Under the pieces are notes generated by a model, which had not been told where the DNA came from, ran no database searches, and worked only from the letters and a program-made list of their open reading frames with translations. A stretch of 64,000 nucleotides of DNA from Takakia lepidozioides (taxonomy: Eukaryota > Plantae > Bryophyta): contig CM060731.1 of assembly GCA_030704615.1 (NCBI GenBank), positions 76,012,001 to 76,076,000 on the forward strand. Reading direction: 5' to 3'. Positions 13,323-27,133 of this stretch are shown in pieces. Every line of letters starts with the position of its first letter. Positions within the stretch are counted from its first letter, which is position 1. The translations under genes were made by a program, and so were the position numbers.

Positions 13323-14769
13323 GGATTCCAAAAACCCTAACCTAACAATTCGCAACCCCCCCTCAACTTCTCTTCGCAGATAAGCGAACCTGGTGAGGGG
13401 CTACCAGGACAGCCAGAGGTCACAAATCACACAACACCTTACGAACGCGTATGAACTCCTTGCGAGAGGCGCGATTATCTCTCCCTGCCAGCAAGATCGC
13501 TTCCTTCAGCTCCCCAAGTCTAAGGCGATTCCCTCTTCTGTGATTTCGTTCCTTGTTTACCGGATTCTCAAATAAACACACAACGCACATAAGATTTTCA
13601 ACGCTAAATCCTGCCAGCGTCTAGAAACCAAGGCTGATGACACGCTAACTAAACTTGCACCTCCAAAACCCAGAACCCAAAACCTCTCATCCTTTTCTAC
13701 AGGAAAATACAGAAAATTTCCCAGTAGTGTCAAAGACCCAACAGCGATTCCTTACACACATGCTTCGGTTGAATCATCAAGCGACGGCATGACGTCCACC
13801 TCTGCACGAACTTGGAAGCGCACCTCAAAGCTATGGCGGCTTCTCTTGCAACAGACTGCTCTGCCGACAACGCAACCTTGATTGCCCACAATATTTGGAT
13901 ATTCTGTATTTTCTTTTTTTTCCTCTCTTTTTTTTTCTTTTTTTTTCTCGTTTAGGGGTTAACTAGCCCATTTGTTTCAAGACTTCAACCAAAACACAAC
14001 TTATGCGACTGTGTATAGGACCAGGTGTTTTGATTGTTTTGTGGATGAAGAGGTGCAAAAGAAACATGATGGGTCACACTCAGTGCCACTCTGCTTTTGA
14101 CTACTTGTCTAAACATCACACTGCGTGCACATATATATATATATCACAGGGGGATTGGAGTACGGCGTGAGCACAAAAAGAACTCCGGCGTGAGCCGGAT
14201 CCACGGTTATGGGGTTGATATGTATGCCAGCGGAAAATACATATAATAGACGGACATAGGGTCTTTCTACGTTAATAGGGTCTACATGGTGTCTAAATAT
14301 AATCTTAAACATATAGAAGGAGCTTGAAAGGAGAAACCTAAAAAAAAAAAAATACCAAACCCCAATTTCACTGACGAAACCCAAGTTTCGTTGGCAAAAA
14401 CCGAAGATGCGTTTGCGTTTCGTTGGCGAAACCCTTTTTTTGGGTGGATCTTGGGGATGTTCTACACACAATGTTTTACCAATGCCATATTGTTTACGTA
14501 TGCTGACCTTTTTGAGTTCTGGCAGATATATTTGTGGGTCTTGAAGTAAGGCAAGGACTCATTTGGGCCATTAATTAAGTTTTTTCGCGTGAGCACAGTT
14601 TATCATTTTGTATTTTTTTTTCGTGTAAGCACATTTTGGTTTCGCTATGGCATACTCTCCTTATTCTTGTGGAATATGTGGAGTATGCCTCTATCCTTGC
14701 ATGAGCATGCTCACACGCTACCCAACCTCCATGCACATACCATGTGAAAATTACTACACCCGTCGATTT

Positions 14770-15506
14770 CCATCTCCAGCTATAGGAGATCCCATTTCTG
14801 TAGCGAGTCAAGATATGCTTCTCGGACTTTATATACTAACGATTGGAAATAATCGAGGTACTTATGGGAACTTAATCAAGACCATCATTGTAGGAATAGA
14901 TATGAAAAAGTTTTTTTTATCATATTTTCGTAATTATGGTGATGTAATCAAGGCACGGGAACAAAAACGGATTGGCCTACGCAATGCCTTACGCTTCGAT
15001 GGGGAAAACGATTACCAGTAATTACTTCATTTAATTGCGAAAAAAACCCATTGAGGTTCAATACGACCCTTCGGGCATTTTTTCTTACATTATCAACTCA
15101 GAAAAAAATGAAGGAAAAATCCTTAATATTTACATTTGAACAACAGTTGGTCTTTCCAAACAACAAATAGAAGAAGTTACACAAGGTACTCTAAAAGCTT
15201 TGCAACATAGAGATCGATCACTACCCGCTATAACAATATAATTGATTGTCATTTTTTACTTTCTCCTTCTTCCGCAGAAATAAAATTGAGGAAGCGTTAT
15301 GGAATAATAAAAAACGGCTTAAATATTTTGGTAGATCCTGCTTATAACAATAAAGAGGTTTTCTATTACGACAGAACCAGCCGACTCATTGCTCTTCTAT
15401 AACAAAGTGATGGATAAAACTGCCATAAAATAACTCATCAGCAGATTAATAGCCAGAATCAACACAACACATATAACACACATATACAACACACATCCCG
15501 GATCAA
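14770..15506 (+). pseudogene. rpoC1: Nuclear plastid DNA insert (NUPT): 3' rpoC1, spacer and 5' rpoC2, decayed
   Basis: [27 protein letters not shown] matches rpoC1. (ACG)TEPADSLLFYNKVMDKTAIK*LISRLIA...YTTHIPDQ from 15368 matches the rpoC2 N-terminus. AT-rich and frameshifted. Confidence 0.9.
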
Positions 15507-15689
15507 GGATTACAGTGCTGTGAATTGACTCATTCTAGAATTTGTGGAACATTAGTGGCATCGGATATGAGGCATCTGTGCCCAAAAGAGCCACCAAGGA
15601 TTTGGGCATCCTCGTTTTTTCCTTCTAATTCCATTATCTTCCTACAAGAGCATAAGCTAGATGCCAGGAAGATAGCATCGTTAGGGCCT

Positions 15690-16500
15690 TCTATCTGGCC
15701 GGATGCCTCGTCCTGGTGAAATCCTACTGTAATCGATTCCAGAGGAGGCACGGTCATTTTAATTGCTCTTTCCTTAGCTTCGGATTTTGTTAAGGTGGAA
15801 TTTTGGATCTTGGGGCGTGCTCAATGTGCTTTTACTTCCTCTTCGTCCATTTTTCCTTCCACAACCTTTATCAAAATTTACGCTCCCAATTCTGCCTCGG
15901 AACGCATCCAGTTTTGGTCCGACATTCATTCTAACATTTTGAGCAATCCCCAGGTAGCTAACTGGGTTTTAGTAGGGGATTTCAATATAGTCGAGTGCTT
16001 AGTGGACAGGCTGGGCTCCTCGGTGCAACCCCTGTCCCTGGAAGAACAGTCCACTTGGGATAGACTTTGCTTCTCGGTTGGCCTCTCCGATTGTTAGCTC
16101 CCCAGCCGTACCTCTCTCAGCTGATTCACATGGAATAACAACAGAGCCCCTCCAGATCTATGTATGGCTAGATTAGACGGATGCTATTGCTCTCCTCTTC
16201 CATCTACATGAGCTAAAGCAGGCTCATCTCCCTCCCATTTCGCCGGATTTTGATTATGCGTTAGTTACTGTAGCATTTCGCCCAACAAGGTTGGCCCTTT
16301 CGTCGGATTTTGATTATGCAACTTAATCCTCCCGGGATTCATCGGAGGGGAAGAGGTTTCTTTAAGTTGAACCCGATTCTCCTCCGATCCCCAAGAATGG
16401 TTCAAAAGTTAGCTACAGTTTTGAAAGAAGCTGGGAATGAGTTCATTTCCCCCATAGTGAGATTCCTTCACAAATTGGATTCCACGAGAAGGGAGGCTCC
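15690..16500 (+). mobile_element. L1-like LINE fragment, AP-endonuclease domain, degenerate
   Basis: IYAPNSASERIQFW, WVLVGDFN, FTWNN, ARLD and FFKLN motifs with internal stops. Confidence 0.8.
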
Positions 16501-16594
16501 GCTTGAAGGTTACAATAGAAAACATTAGACTCGCAACCAAGCAAACACAAGCGACCTCCTCGTAATATTTCTACGTCTTCCATTGCATTTCATC

Positions 16595-17053
16595 ATAGCA
16601 CTACATTCATCAATTGTGCTCACTGTTCTCATTCTCACCGCCTTGAGCATTCAAGGCGGTGTTGCGGCACTCGACATTAATTGTCGCAGCAGCTCCGATT
16701 GCTGGAATATTTGGCACCGTGGACTAGTACTAGAAACGTTGGGGACCGTCATCTACGAAGGGATCGACCCCAATAGATTTTACAACAATGAAGAACAGAT
16801 TGCCTGCGGCCTTTTTAAAAGAAAACACTTTTGTGTCTTCTACCAAAGCTCCGGTGGCGCTCCCGGCTCCTCGATCCAGACCTTGATTCAAGAACTTGCA
16901 CAGCACGGTTGCCAGACCTGTGGGAGTATTCCACTTTTCTATCCAGGGGACAACAATGTTGCCAATGGTATGCTAATCGTCAACGCGGTCGAAGATGTAT
17001 GCTCTTATGATACTAGTGGTGAATATGGTGGTGATACTTATGGCCTATGCTAG
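16595..17053 (+). pseudogene. KP4 killer-toxin-like secreted protein; open frame but start codon appears mutated to ATA
   Basis: Signal peptide followed by LDINCRSSSDC...HGCQTCGSIPLF..NNVANGMLIVN, matching KP4 LGINCRGSSQC...HGCRVCGSDPL..NDVSRGQLTVN. Intronless. No ATG before the signal peptide (ATA at 16595). Confidence 0.85.
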
Positions 17054-17732
17054 TGAGCGGAAAGCAAACACTACAACTTGACATGTGCTGTGTGCAGCTT
17101 CTTCTAGATGTGCGCAAAGAAGGAGACAACAGCTATTCTCTAGCTTTGTTAACTCCTGGGGACAAGGGCACTTCATCTGCACAAGAACATCCGACTCATC
17201 GATTGTCTGGCACGACAGCCTCCCGCCATGTTGGCAGCTCGACTAGTGCCCAATCCATGGAACAAGAGGAGTCCGAAGTGAATTGGCGGCACAAGCGAGC
17301 TTCAAGAAAGGGCAAATCAAAAGCCCACCTCTCTTTTGAATCCTCTAGATGCAGAATCAACTCCCCTCTATAGTCATTCCCTTGCTGCTATGGGACCTAT
17401 TAGTCCATATATATATATATATATATATAGACGCCTCTTGAAGGGAGCGTAAGTTATGGTGTCTTACTAATCCATAGCTTCCTGCAGCCTCTCCTAGTTT
17501 GGTTTCGGGGCATAGACTCCCTTTTCATCCTTCATGGTTGTTTCCTTAGGTTAATTTTTCCTCAGTTTTATTAACTTATTTTTTTTTCATTGCCTCACTC
17601 CCTGTTCTGTAAAAAAGAAAAAAAAAGAAAAAAAAGAAGAAGTTTTTGAAGTAGAATGATGACGGATGCACAAAAGGCCTGTTTGCTACCGTTTATCAGC
17701 CTGCGTGCCTTCTCTTCGTGATCAGAGGCACA

Positions 17733-20700
17733 ATGGGAGCTGTGAGGGTGTACCTGGCGATCTACAATGTGGTGCTCCTTGCAGGCTGGTTGGCTTCAGT
17801 GTTGAGAGCTTTGATCTTTGTGCCTCTTGTATTTGTGTTCATTTCTTTTTGTGAAATCCGCTGTGTATTTGTCTCTTTCTGTGCAATGTTTATGTTGTGT
17901 GCGATCCTGCCTGTTTCTAGCTGTGTCATTTAGTTTGGTACTTAAATGTTCGATTCCGTTATCGTAGATTGTGGGTCAATACTTGGAGTGGAGGAAAGGG
18001 GGTGCTCGTTGGCCAAGGAGAAATCAAATCGGAATGTTTTGTTCTGCATGGTTGGGCCAGGCTTCAGATATTGGTGGCTTCCGTAAAGGCTCTTCAAGAG
18101 TCAGGACCATCCGGCGTCTATGCTGCTGTAGAGAAACCGTTGCAGATATGGCAGACTGCCGCACTCCTTGAGGTTTTCTTCTCTTATTTCTTTCTTTATT
18201 TGCGTCTAGAGCTGAGTAGTATTAAGTTCTAGGAGTCATGTACGTCCACAGACTTGTCAAGGCCAAGAGTGTCCAAACAGGTAGCGGGGATGGTGTTTTT
18301 TTCTTTGGTGTAGGGGATAGGAGACAATGTGCTTCCTGTTTTGGGCTTAAAACGGTAGGACTACGCAGCTTTCAGCTTTCAGCTGGAGAATGTTTGTGGG
18401 AACTGCAGAACTCATGAGTATGAAGTGGCGATATCTCATGGACCCACCCACTGTTTGTCTCCTTCTTATGTTGGATATGACTGACTTCGTCAAAACACCT
18501 ATGATGTGGTGAGGGGGAGGAGAATGGAGGGTGAATTTATCTCCAAATTCCAAGTATCTCAAAATGTGGAGTGAAAAGAAGGAAGTGTGAGGCAGCAAGG
18601 GAGGGAGAATCTTTGTCTATTTACCCCAGGGTCTCAATATTTAGAGATTATTTGGTATCTGACAACGGCCTGTTTATGACTCGCAGATTGCCCACAGCAT
18701 TGTTGGTGAGTGATAATGCCCTGATGTCTTGCAGACCTGTTACAGGCTACTCCCCCAACAACCAGAAATTTCTCTTCAGTTTGCACCCCCACCACCCCCT
18801 CCTTTCCGGCTGGGGGCTAGTTTCTGTGTCTCCCCCTTTCCAGTTTGTACTGCTCCGCTTGATCCTCTGATCGTCTTTTCGAGAGTTGGTTGTCTATTTG
18901 TTGTGTGGGGGCGGCATGACAATATGAGTCTGTAAGTGTTTTCCACTTTGCAATCACCTGGCAACACTCTTTACTTGCCCACCAGAGCTTGTTCTCATCG
19001 TGGCCCTCTTACATGCAGGCATTGTGCGGTCACCAGTGATGGCCACATTACCTCAAATTGCATCACGTGTCTACCTTACAAGGTGTCTAGATCAGCCTTT
19101 CATAGGACGGCATGTCATTTCCAGAGGGAATCCGCCCAAGATGACAGTTTAACCTCAACATAGGCTATTCCACCACCAATGAATGGGCTGCTTCACATAT
19201 TTGTGCTGCTCAATAGAAGTGTAGGGGTGCTTGCAGGTGAGGGAGCACTGGTTGGTGACATCCTTGACCCTGAGCTGGGCTGTCGCAGAGGTGCGAATGC
19301 TTCCATTTTCTTGCAAATTTGTACACTTGTTTTAATTAATCTCAATCGTATCGTTTGATGTTATGTTGGGTCTTTTCAAAAGGGCGTGAAGGATAGGACA
19401 CAACATGAGTATTTTACAGGTTGAACAGATTATGTGCTTATGAGTACAAGACTGGTGTGGTCTTTAGAGCAGAGCTAAGCTGACACGTGTGCACATCTCC
19501 CCCACATAACTGACTTTGAGCAGAGTCTTGGCATGCCAGGGTGACTAGCAAGCAGATACAAACCCCACATCACCATGGAACCACACTAGCTAGCTCATTG
19601 GCATTGCATGTACAGGGCTGGTCCCAACACAAGAATAATAAGAACTAACTTGTACCAGTGTCAACATTACCTACACTGCTAAGTTCACTGCGTATAATCC
19701 TGCCATTGCAAAATTCGTGACCAGGTGATCCGTTACTCTTTCTTTGGTCTGAAAGAGGCTTTTGGCTACACTCCATACTTCCTCCTCTGGCTCAGGTCAG
19801 TTTTGTGGTCCCTCATAGACTGTCTGCCACCTCTCTACTTTTTGTAGCCAAGGGACTTCATTGTTGCAGGAAGCTGTTGATATTGTAGACTTTCAACTCT
19901 TTTGCATACACCTAAACATGGTGTAACATATGTTATACTGTCTGTTAATGTCAATTTAATTGCCTCCTCAACACTGAGATGACTGCAGCTAATATCTGAA
20001 CCATGTGAATGGCATCCTGCATGCTTTGCACAAAGGATGCAAAAAGTATATAAGGAAAAACATGAATAGAGTTTATGCCGCGAAATAGCCCCACTGCGAT
20101 CTTGGCCATTATTCATCCTATTATTCAGGATACTCACCTTAGCATGACTTTCCTACACAACCCACAATCTTCGGTTGTAGGATTGCTGAGTTTTATAGAG
20201 TGGACCAGCTCTCCTAGCATCTGTAGTCTCGAATGCTAAACATGTGACTGTATATGGAAGGGTGTAATCACACCATTTTGGACCTCATGCGAAAAGTGTT
20301 CTGTGATATTCTTTCTTCAGCACAATACAGGGTAGTCATGGTAAGGAACCTAGTATTAGCCGGCAGTCGTCTGTCCTGACTTTGAAATGAAAATTTGGTG
20401 GCAGGTATACTACCTTTCTTGTTCTTTTTTTCACAGGCATCTGCAGCGAGATCGGTCTCATTTATTCTGCCCTTCCTTTCGTGCGAGTAAGTCCTCTGAG
20501 TCGTGCTGGTGGCCAGAGGATGTCTGTACCAATTTAATAGGAATCTAATGGAGCTGGGAACTATTCCATTCGTCCACACATACACGGCAAGAAAGAAAGT
20601 CGCTAGTACTCTGTGAGCAAGAAGCAAATCATCCATTGTTGTGCAACCAGTATGTCTTCTGGGGTTCTAGTGGGATAGTTGACTGTATTTTATCACCTGA

Positions 20701-21216
20701 TCAAGCAGATGGAATGCTAATCTCATGGATTAACCATCTAATGATCTTTCTTACAATGTACTTGACAGATGTCGGATCTGTATTCTTTGCAGATGCCAAA
20801 TAAGTTGAATTTTGGTTTCGATTTTCACTTTCTCTCCTTTTTGGCTATCCCTGTATACATTCCAGGTAACCCTGTTCCTTACATTCAAACCACATAGTGC
20901 CATCAAGAAAGATATGCAGCTAGCGTATCCCTGGATCATTAATCAACTCACAACACTATCTTTAGCGTAGTTGTATTGTTGAAAGTAACCCGTTTACTAA
21001 AAAAATTCTTTCCAGCTCACATTGCCTAAATGTAGGTTGCAATCTCCCAGATACTCTCCCTCTCAGTTGTCCCTGAATTTAAAGATTGCAATTGCAAGTG
21101 TTGAGTGGACATCAAGACAATGTGCTATTTTGGTGACAGGGTTTGCTGGATTGTACATGCATATGCTCAAACAACGGAAGAAAGCTTTGGCTCCCAAGCC
21201 CAAAACGGTGTGGTAG
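17733..21216 (+). CDS. PAS2: Very-long-chain 3-hydroxyacyl-CoA dehydratase (PTPLA/HACD family), multi-exon, apparently lesioned
   Basis: Exons: YLAIYNVVLLAGW, QTAALLE, IAHSIVG, IVRSPVMATLPQIASR, SWAVAE, VIRYSFFGLKE..LWLR, YTTFLVLFFTGICSE, MPNKLNFGFDF..YIPG, HMLKQRKKAL*. Exon 4 shows a frameshift and a non-GT donor. Confidence 0.88.
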
Positions 21217-21420
21217 ACGTGTAGGTGAGCTTACTGTCCTTCCAGTCATTTGAGATGTTTTGGGTTTCTCTGCTTTTCATCCTCATATACTATGAAGACA
21301 TCTTACCACGATCGATCTTCTCTCCATTCTGTGCATTTCCAGCCAGCTGGATAGTTTCTAATGAGCTGATTGTCTGGTGGCTGTTTTGGGTGCCCCAGGC
21401 TGATGTGGCAAAACCCAAAT

Positions 21421-21720
21421 TCACGAGGTTACATTTTCCTCGGTTTGTAACAATGTGCTCATATCAGCATGGATCTCCTTGCCCTGTTCCAGGGCTCCTA
21501 TGCGTCCACACGCATTGAGAACGCCAATGAAAGTGACCTTGTTGGGCATCAGCCCTTCCCCAATCATTTGCTCATACATTTTGACATCATGCTGGGCATG
21601 TCCTGAGATCATCACATTCCATGACAGTACATCTTGTTCTGCCATATTGTCGAACATTTGACATGCATCCTTCGTACTTCCGCATTTTGAATACATGTCA
21701 ACAAGGGTGTACAATGTGTT
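21421..21720 (-). pseudogene. PLS-class PPR gene fragment
   Basis: LVDMYSKCGS..DA..MFD.M..DVLSWNVMISGHAQH and PNKVTFIGVLNAC..GALEQGKEIH; only about 3 motifs, with an internal deletion. Confidence 0.8.
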
Positions 21721-23234
21721 GTGTCTGATGTATAGAACGGGAATAGAGTTGAGAGCTGTATGCACTGCCCCATGTGTCTTGATGGAAACCACATTGCTTT
21801 GTTCCAATTGAACACAAACATCGAATTTGGATCTGAGTTATCATCGCTTTGGTTACAGTGATCAGGATATGTATACCCCATTTGTACATGAGAGGTCCAG
21901 CGCAGTTAGTTTACAGTGGTAAGGATGTGATCAGCTGTACTGAGAGTAAGTCTAAGTTAGATGTTAGATGCATGTACTGTGAAGTACCACGCTTGATTAC
22001 AGATCGGATATTACTTCTATACAACGTTGACAAATGTATGATGGGTGCCACATACATTGGGAGAGAGAAGGAACTTGGCACACATTCAAATTACAGTTCA
22101 CAAAGTTCTGGATCTTCAACTTTTTCCTGACCAGTCAGAGATGTTGTTGCCATCTTATCTCTTCAGGCTCCTCAAATGGATACTTCGAGTACTACTCAGA
22201 TTCCTCTATTACTATGCCCATGAATACAGGAGCCAGAATAGGAATAGGAGAAGTTGATACTTCTGCATTACAGTCTCTCGCTATGACGTCCTCGGCAAGT
22301 GCAGCCATAGCATGTTGGTACCCTGGTTGATTTCCTCACAGAACTGTCTGACAATACCTGCGTTTCGCTTCCTCAAAAAAAGAGCTGATAGAAGCCAACA
22401 AGATCCAGTGAGTATGTGCGCTTTTGTGATTTTTTTGGTGTTGCGATCTTGCCAAAGAATTTGCTAGTTTCTCTTTTTGCAGCTCTTGCTGAGCTCTTGC
22501 TATTGTATAGACTTGTGTAACAGGTTTGTGATTGCAGTGTACCATCCAGCTTGCAGCAGTGTGACAGCCAGAGCCGAAGCCTGATCCATAATGTTCAAAT
22601 CTTTAGCAAGTGGCTCCAGCTCCATCTGTATAATTTATTTGTGAGGGGAAGATAGACGGCATGTGTGATCCAAACCCTTCCATGGCGTGATCTCTCTCCA
22701 GATATTCTGAACTATCTGGGTCTGTGACTATATAACCAGCAACGCTGAATTTGGCGTCCTTGGCCATTTGGTCACACCCATGGTTGGACTGCCTGAACGG
22801 AGTGCCAGTGTCATGCCCTAACTCGCAACATTCCCCATCCTCAGTATGGTTGGCATGGGTGAAACTGGCAAGACAACACTGGTGAAGGAGGCATACTATC
22901 TCATGAGGAATGAGGAACTCGAAGCATCTGCTTCTTACAAGATGTGAGAGCAAGGGAACTTGCTGGGTCCAAAAGCCGCTGTTGTGGGACTTCCCATGAC
23001 CATTCATCAGACAGATCCTCTTCTCTACGTAACAGCTTCAGCTCTAAATTGAGACCGTGCTTACTACAGGTGACATACACAGAGACATTCTACATATCAC
23101 ACTCTCCACAGACTACAGATTTCCAGTTACTGGTTATCAAAACTGTGTGGCAAAGAAAAGCCACTGCACAAACAAAAAAGTATTCACTAAAATAATTTTG
23201 TCACTAGGATAGTTGAGGGCCACACAACCACATT

Positions 23235-26200
23235 TTAGGCTGTTGACAACAGTTCATGCAAAGTTCTGTAGGCAGCACCAATGCGCTTGAATTTTGCTTC
23301 AGCCAAACTCTGCATTCATCCAATCCTCGCGTTGTTAGACCACATCACTCACTGTGGGCGTTGCATGAGATAAAAGGTTGCAGGACAACTACACTGGTCC
23401 AACTTCAAGCAATTCTTTGCCTTTAAAACACCAGTTACCTTCTTTTCACCATGGTGTCGATCTGGATGCCATGTGAGTGCACACTGTCGAAACCTGTTAG
23501 TTGGACCCAGCCATCAAGTGGACCCTGCATTCTTGTCAGCATTGATACCAGAAAGCTAAGAAGCGCCCCCAAAGTACTGTGGCTAAAAGCTAAGTTGTGT
23601 CAATACCTCATGAGAGTACCACATTGAAAGGCTACCCATTCCTACACTTTTGTATCGAAGACGATTCTAAAGTCAGCGGTAGAGTAAGCTGCACACTTTT
23701 CGGACAATTTCAACTGTTGGTTACATTCACTAGCCAAAATTTGGTGTTCTGAAGCATAGATCTGGCGGCTACCCCAACAAACAAAATACTTACGAAACGT
23801 CAATGCAACGAGTGGGTACAGCTCTACTTCTTCAGCACAGGAAGCAAATTTATGTTGCTAAGTCTGGGGGGCCTAACTTTCGGAAACTATTTGGACCAAC
23901 TTCGGAATCCTCATCCCCAGCTCTCCTGGAGAGGGAAAATGTGCTGACCTATCAAACATGAAGACGTGTGTTCCCACCCAAGGCTTTTGTTGACTTACGC
24001 CAGTTTAAGGTCGTCCAGTGTCAAAGGCCCTGCCGGTGATAGGCCGAGTGCTAATCTGTCCGTTGGGGACCCTATGTTCTGTTCACAACCACTTGCATTG
24101 CTTGCTGTGTGGGCCCCTGGGGTTGGTCCAGTTCGCGGGTAATTATCTCCAAAACCTCCGAAGATCCTCCAGGTATGGTTCCAAAATTGACGCTTGTACC
24201 TGGCATGTTCTGAGTTCCAATTGTCATGATTATAACATTTCTCTGAGCTCCCAGAGGAAAAGTCATCTGGACCCTGTTCACCAGATGTAGTTTTTCCATG
24301 ACTCTTTTCTCCTTGCCTACCTGCAGGTCCCTCCCAGAGAAGCATGCTTCAGCCCCAAGAGTGCTACAACACATTGTACACCCCTCCAAACTTTGAGAAT
24401 GGTGGGCTACATAGCGTGTAAATTGTTCACTGTAATTGCAACAGGTTGTGGCTCAAAACTATCTCAGACTAAGGGCAGAGGGGCAAAGGAGAATAAGAGG
24501 GAAGGAAAAGTGGGGGACACTGCAAAAGGACTAGATAATAAAATGGCTGTGACCTTGAATAAACTTGTACGACGAAATTCCCCAAACTGCCCCCACAAAC
24601 TTGATCCACAGAAGGGTTATGGCTTCAGGGTTGATATCCAATCACAATGAGAGATGGCAGGACTCAGTCACACAGACAAGTTGACAGAGATTGAAAAACA
24701 GAGGGCGTTTGTTGAGTAAAAGGTGGCAATCCCAAAGGATGTCCAGGAGTCCTGATAAAATAAACTCTCCCAACAGACATGCAGACAAGCACAATGAAGC
24801 ACAAACACAAAGCCGAGAATGAACTGCTAACCCTTGTGATCCTTGCAAAAGCGTCTCCATTCTTTCTCAAAGCGGCGTGACCAGCTGAAGGTGTTGGAGG
24901 TGTGTGGTATCTCAGCACTGGCTGCTGCTTGCTGCCTACGTCTTTCTTGTACCTGCCCCACAGTTCCATTGCCACTACTTCAACAGTCTGTCTCCCTCAT
25001 TGTAGCAATATTCTGATTTGGCAAGGTCCATCTTGGAGTGTCCTAACAAGGTTCGAACACTGACATGACCAGATTGATTGTAAGGAACTGTTAAGACTCT
25101 AATGACATAAGACTTCCTGATGCTGAGGTTTGATGCTGAGGGGTTGTCAGTGTTTCACCAGGCCCTCATACAGTGCTGACAGGTAGCTTACTGGAAGGAA
25201 AGACAATGTGGCCTAGTCACAGCAACTATTGGTCATGTTCAGTCACAAAACATATCACTACATTCAGAAGGGATGGACTCTGTGAAACTGTTGCGAGGTG
25301 TGCATATTTCTTTGCTGACTAGTCACCTGGCTGGTGGCTCGATAACTTCAATGTCTGCTTCATCTCTCCCTCCACAAAGGTCAATCACACTACTAGAGCA
25401 AGCCTTCACCAACGGCACTGTCTCCCCTCATCTTGCCTTTTCATACCCCTCTCCCCAGTTCTGCATGTCCAAACTTGCTTGTGACAAGCACGAGCCCATC
25501 CTGCGTGCCCCTCTGATGCTATGTCTGACATAAGTTTTGTTTCTAAGTAAGGAGCAGCAGCCACCTCCAGTGGGTAGAATCCAACACACCTCCCTGTAAT
25601 CATCGCCATTCATCTCTAAAGACCGCCATTTGAGCAACGATCGCTTATCAGCTGCCCTCTTCTGTCGCTTCACATATTTGTTGTGCCGCTGCAGACCATA
25701 GCAGAAACAAATTACCGTGATTCGTTGGCTTCTTAACAAGCTCTTGGCATATTGCAAAAAGCAACATGGAAAATGCTGTGCCTAAATGGCTTCAATACGA
25801 CACAAGCTTAAAACCACAGCAATGCCGGATCTACATGTGATTTGGAATCTGTGATTCAACCATTACAGTGGTCAAAGTACTTGGATATTGAAGCATTGAA
25901 TGGAAACTACCTTGCGGCAGGAGTCGGCATCCATGTAACCATACGCGTTCTGCACAAATTACACACTCTGTAATCCTCTTGTCAACCTTTTCCTCTGCGT
26001 TTACATGCAGTTTGCACTTCTCACAATAGAACTTGGATGACCACCCACAATTCCGAAACAGAGATACTAACACTTAACAAGCATACGACTACCACCAAGA
26101 CACGAATGTTCTTCAATTGACACCCTGTGAACATTCATTTCCATTGTCTCTTTCTTGAACTGGCACAAACCTGGCTCTGATGTTCGTGCGTGAATGGGGA

Positions 26201-26500
26201 ATTTCTATGCAGCTGAACAATGTAGATCTGATCCAAGCCAACTGAATATAAAGACCTTCGACCACAAATTAGAAACGTATGCATGCAATCTGTTGTGAAA
26301 AACTGAAAACCTCCCACCCTAAAATGCATCTCTTTTATGCCTAGCTAGTTGCGGGATTCAAGTCCAAGTACCGTTTTCCACTTGTTGTCCCACTTCTCGT
26401 GACAGGAAGCAGTCCTATGCAGCAACGCAGCACGCATTCCCAACCCCGTCCACAGTGGGGCGCCTTCGGCCGCCATCCGCCCCACCGTGACGACCGCCAT
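23235..26500 (-). CDS. J-domain (DnaJ superfamily) protein with C-terminal J domain, multi-exon
   Basis: N-terminus ALLHRTASCHEKWDNKW. C-terminal exons DRLALGLSPAGPLTLDDLKLA / FRQCALTWHPDRHHG / AEAKFKRIGAAYRTL* contain the HPD motif. Middle exons are uncertain. Confidence 0.8.
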
Positions 26501-26704
26501 GCGGCCCCTCTGATCGGACAAGCCCCTCACTCTAATAAACCCAGAAACTAAGTAGTCACTCACACTACTGCCCACTGTCCACTGTGGACAGTGCACATTC
26601 TGAACCAAAATGAAAAGTGTTCTCCCATTAGCGGCCAGTACTCAGTCCCCATCACTTCCTCAAACCCCAAAAATGACCCAGAGAGATTGAACGAGAGATT
26701 GTGT

Positions 26705-26920
26705 GCTTCCTTGACAAACCCAACAAAGGCCACAGAGAGAAAGATTACTACTCCCTGCTTCCTTGACAGACCCAACGAAGGCCACAGACAGAAAGATTAC
26801 TACTCCCTGCTTCCTTGACAAACCCAACGAAGGCCACAGACAGAAAGATTACTACTCCCTGCTTCCTTGACAAACCCAACGAAGGCCACAGACAGAAAGA
26901 TTACTACTCCAGCTTCCTTG
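26705..26920. repeat. Four tandem ~52-bp repeats in the divergent promoter of the J-protein gene and RPL9
   Basis: Unit ccttgacaaacccaacgaaggccacagacagaaagattactactccctgctt starts at 26709, 26761, 26813 and 26865. Confidence 0.95.
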
Positions 26921-27133
26921 GGAAATGGGAGGAGATTAAGAAAGGAACATCCAAATGGCACTGATGCTGCAGGATTCCCAGAGATGCCAAACGGCAGGGA
27001 TCTGTCCATCAAAAGTGTCCAACCTCCATCCATCCAAGGTTTTGTTTTATACTATGCAGAATAATGAACGTTATCCTGAGAGGAGAGAGACAGCCCAGAG
27101 AGGGGTGGGTTTGGAGGTGGAGGAGAAGGGGAG

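Noticed and set aside
22000-23070. Possible minus-strand coding remnants
   Set aside because: Stops in the frames examined and no recognisable motif.
26705-26920. CRISPR-like array
   Set aside because: The units are contiguous with no unique spacers, the context is eukaryotic and there are no cas genes.
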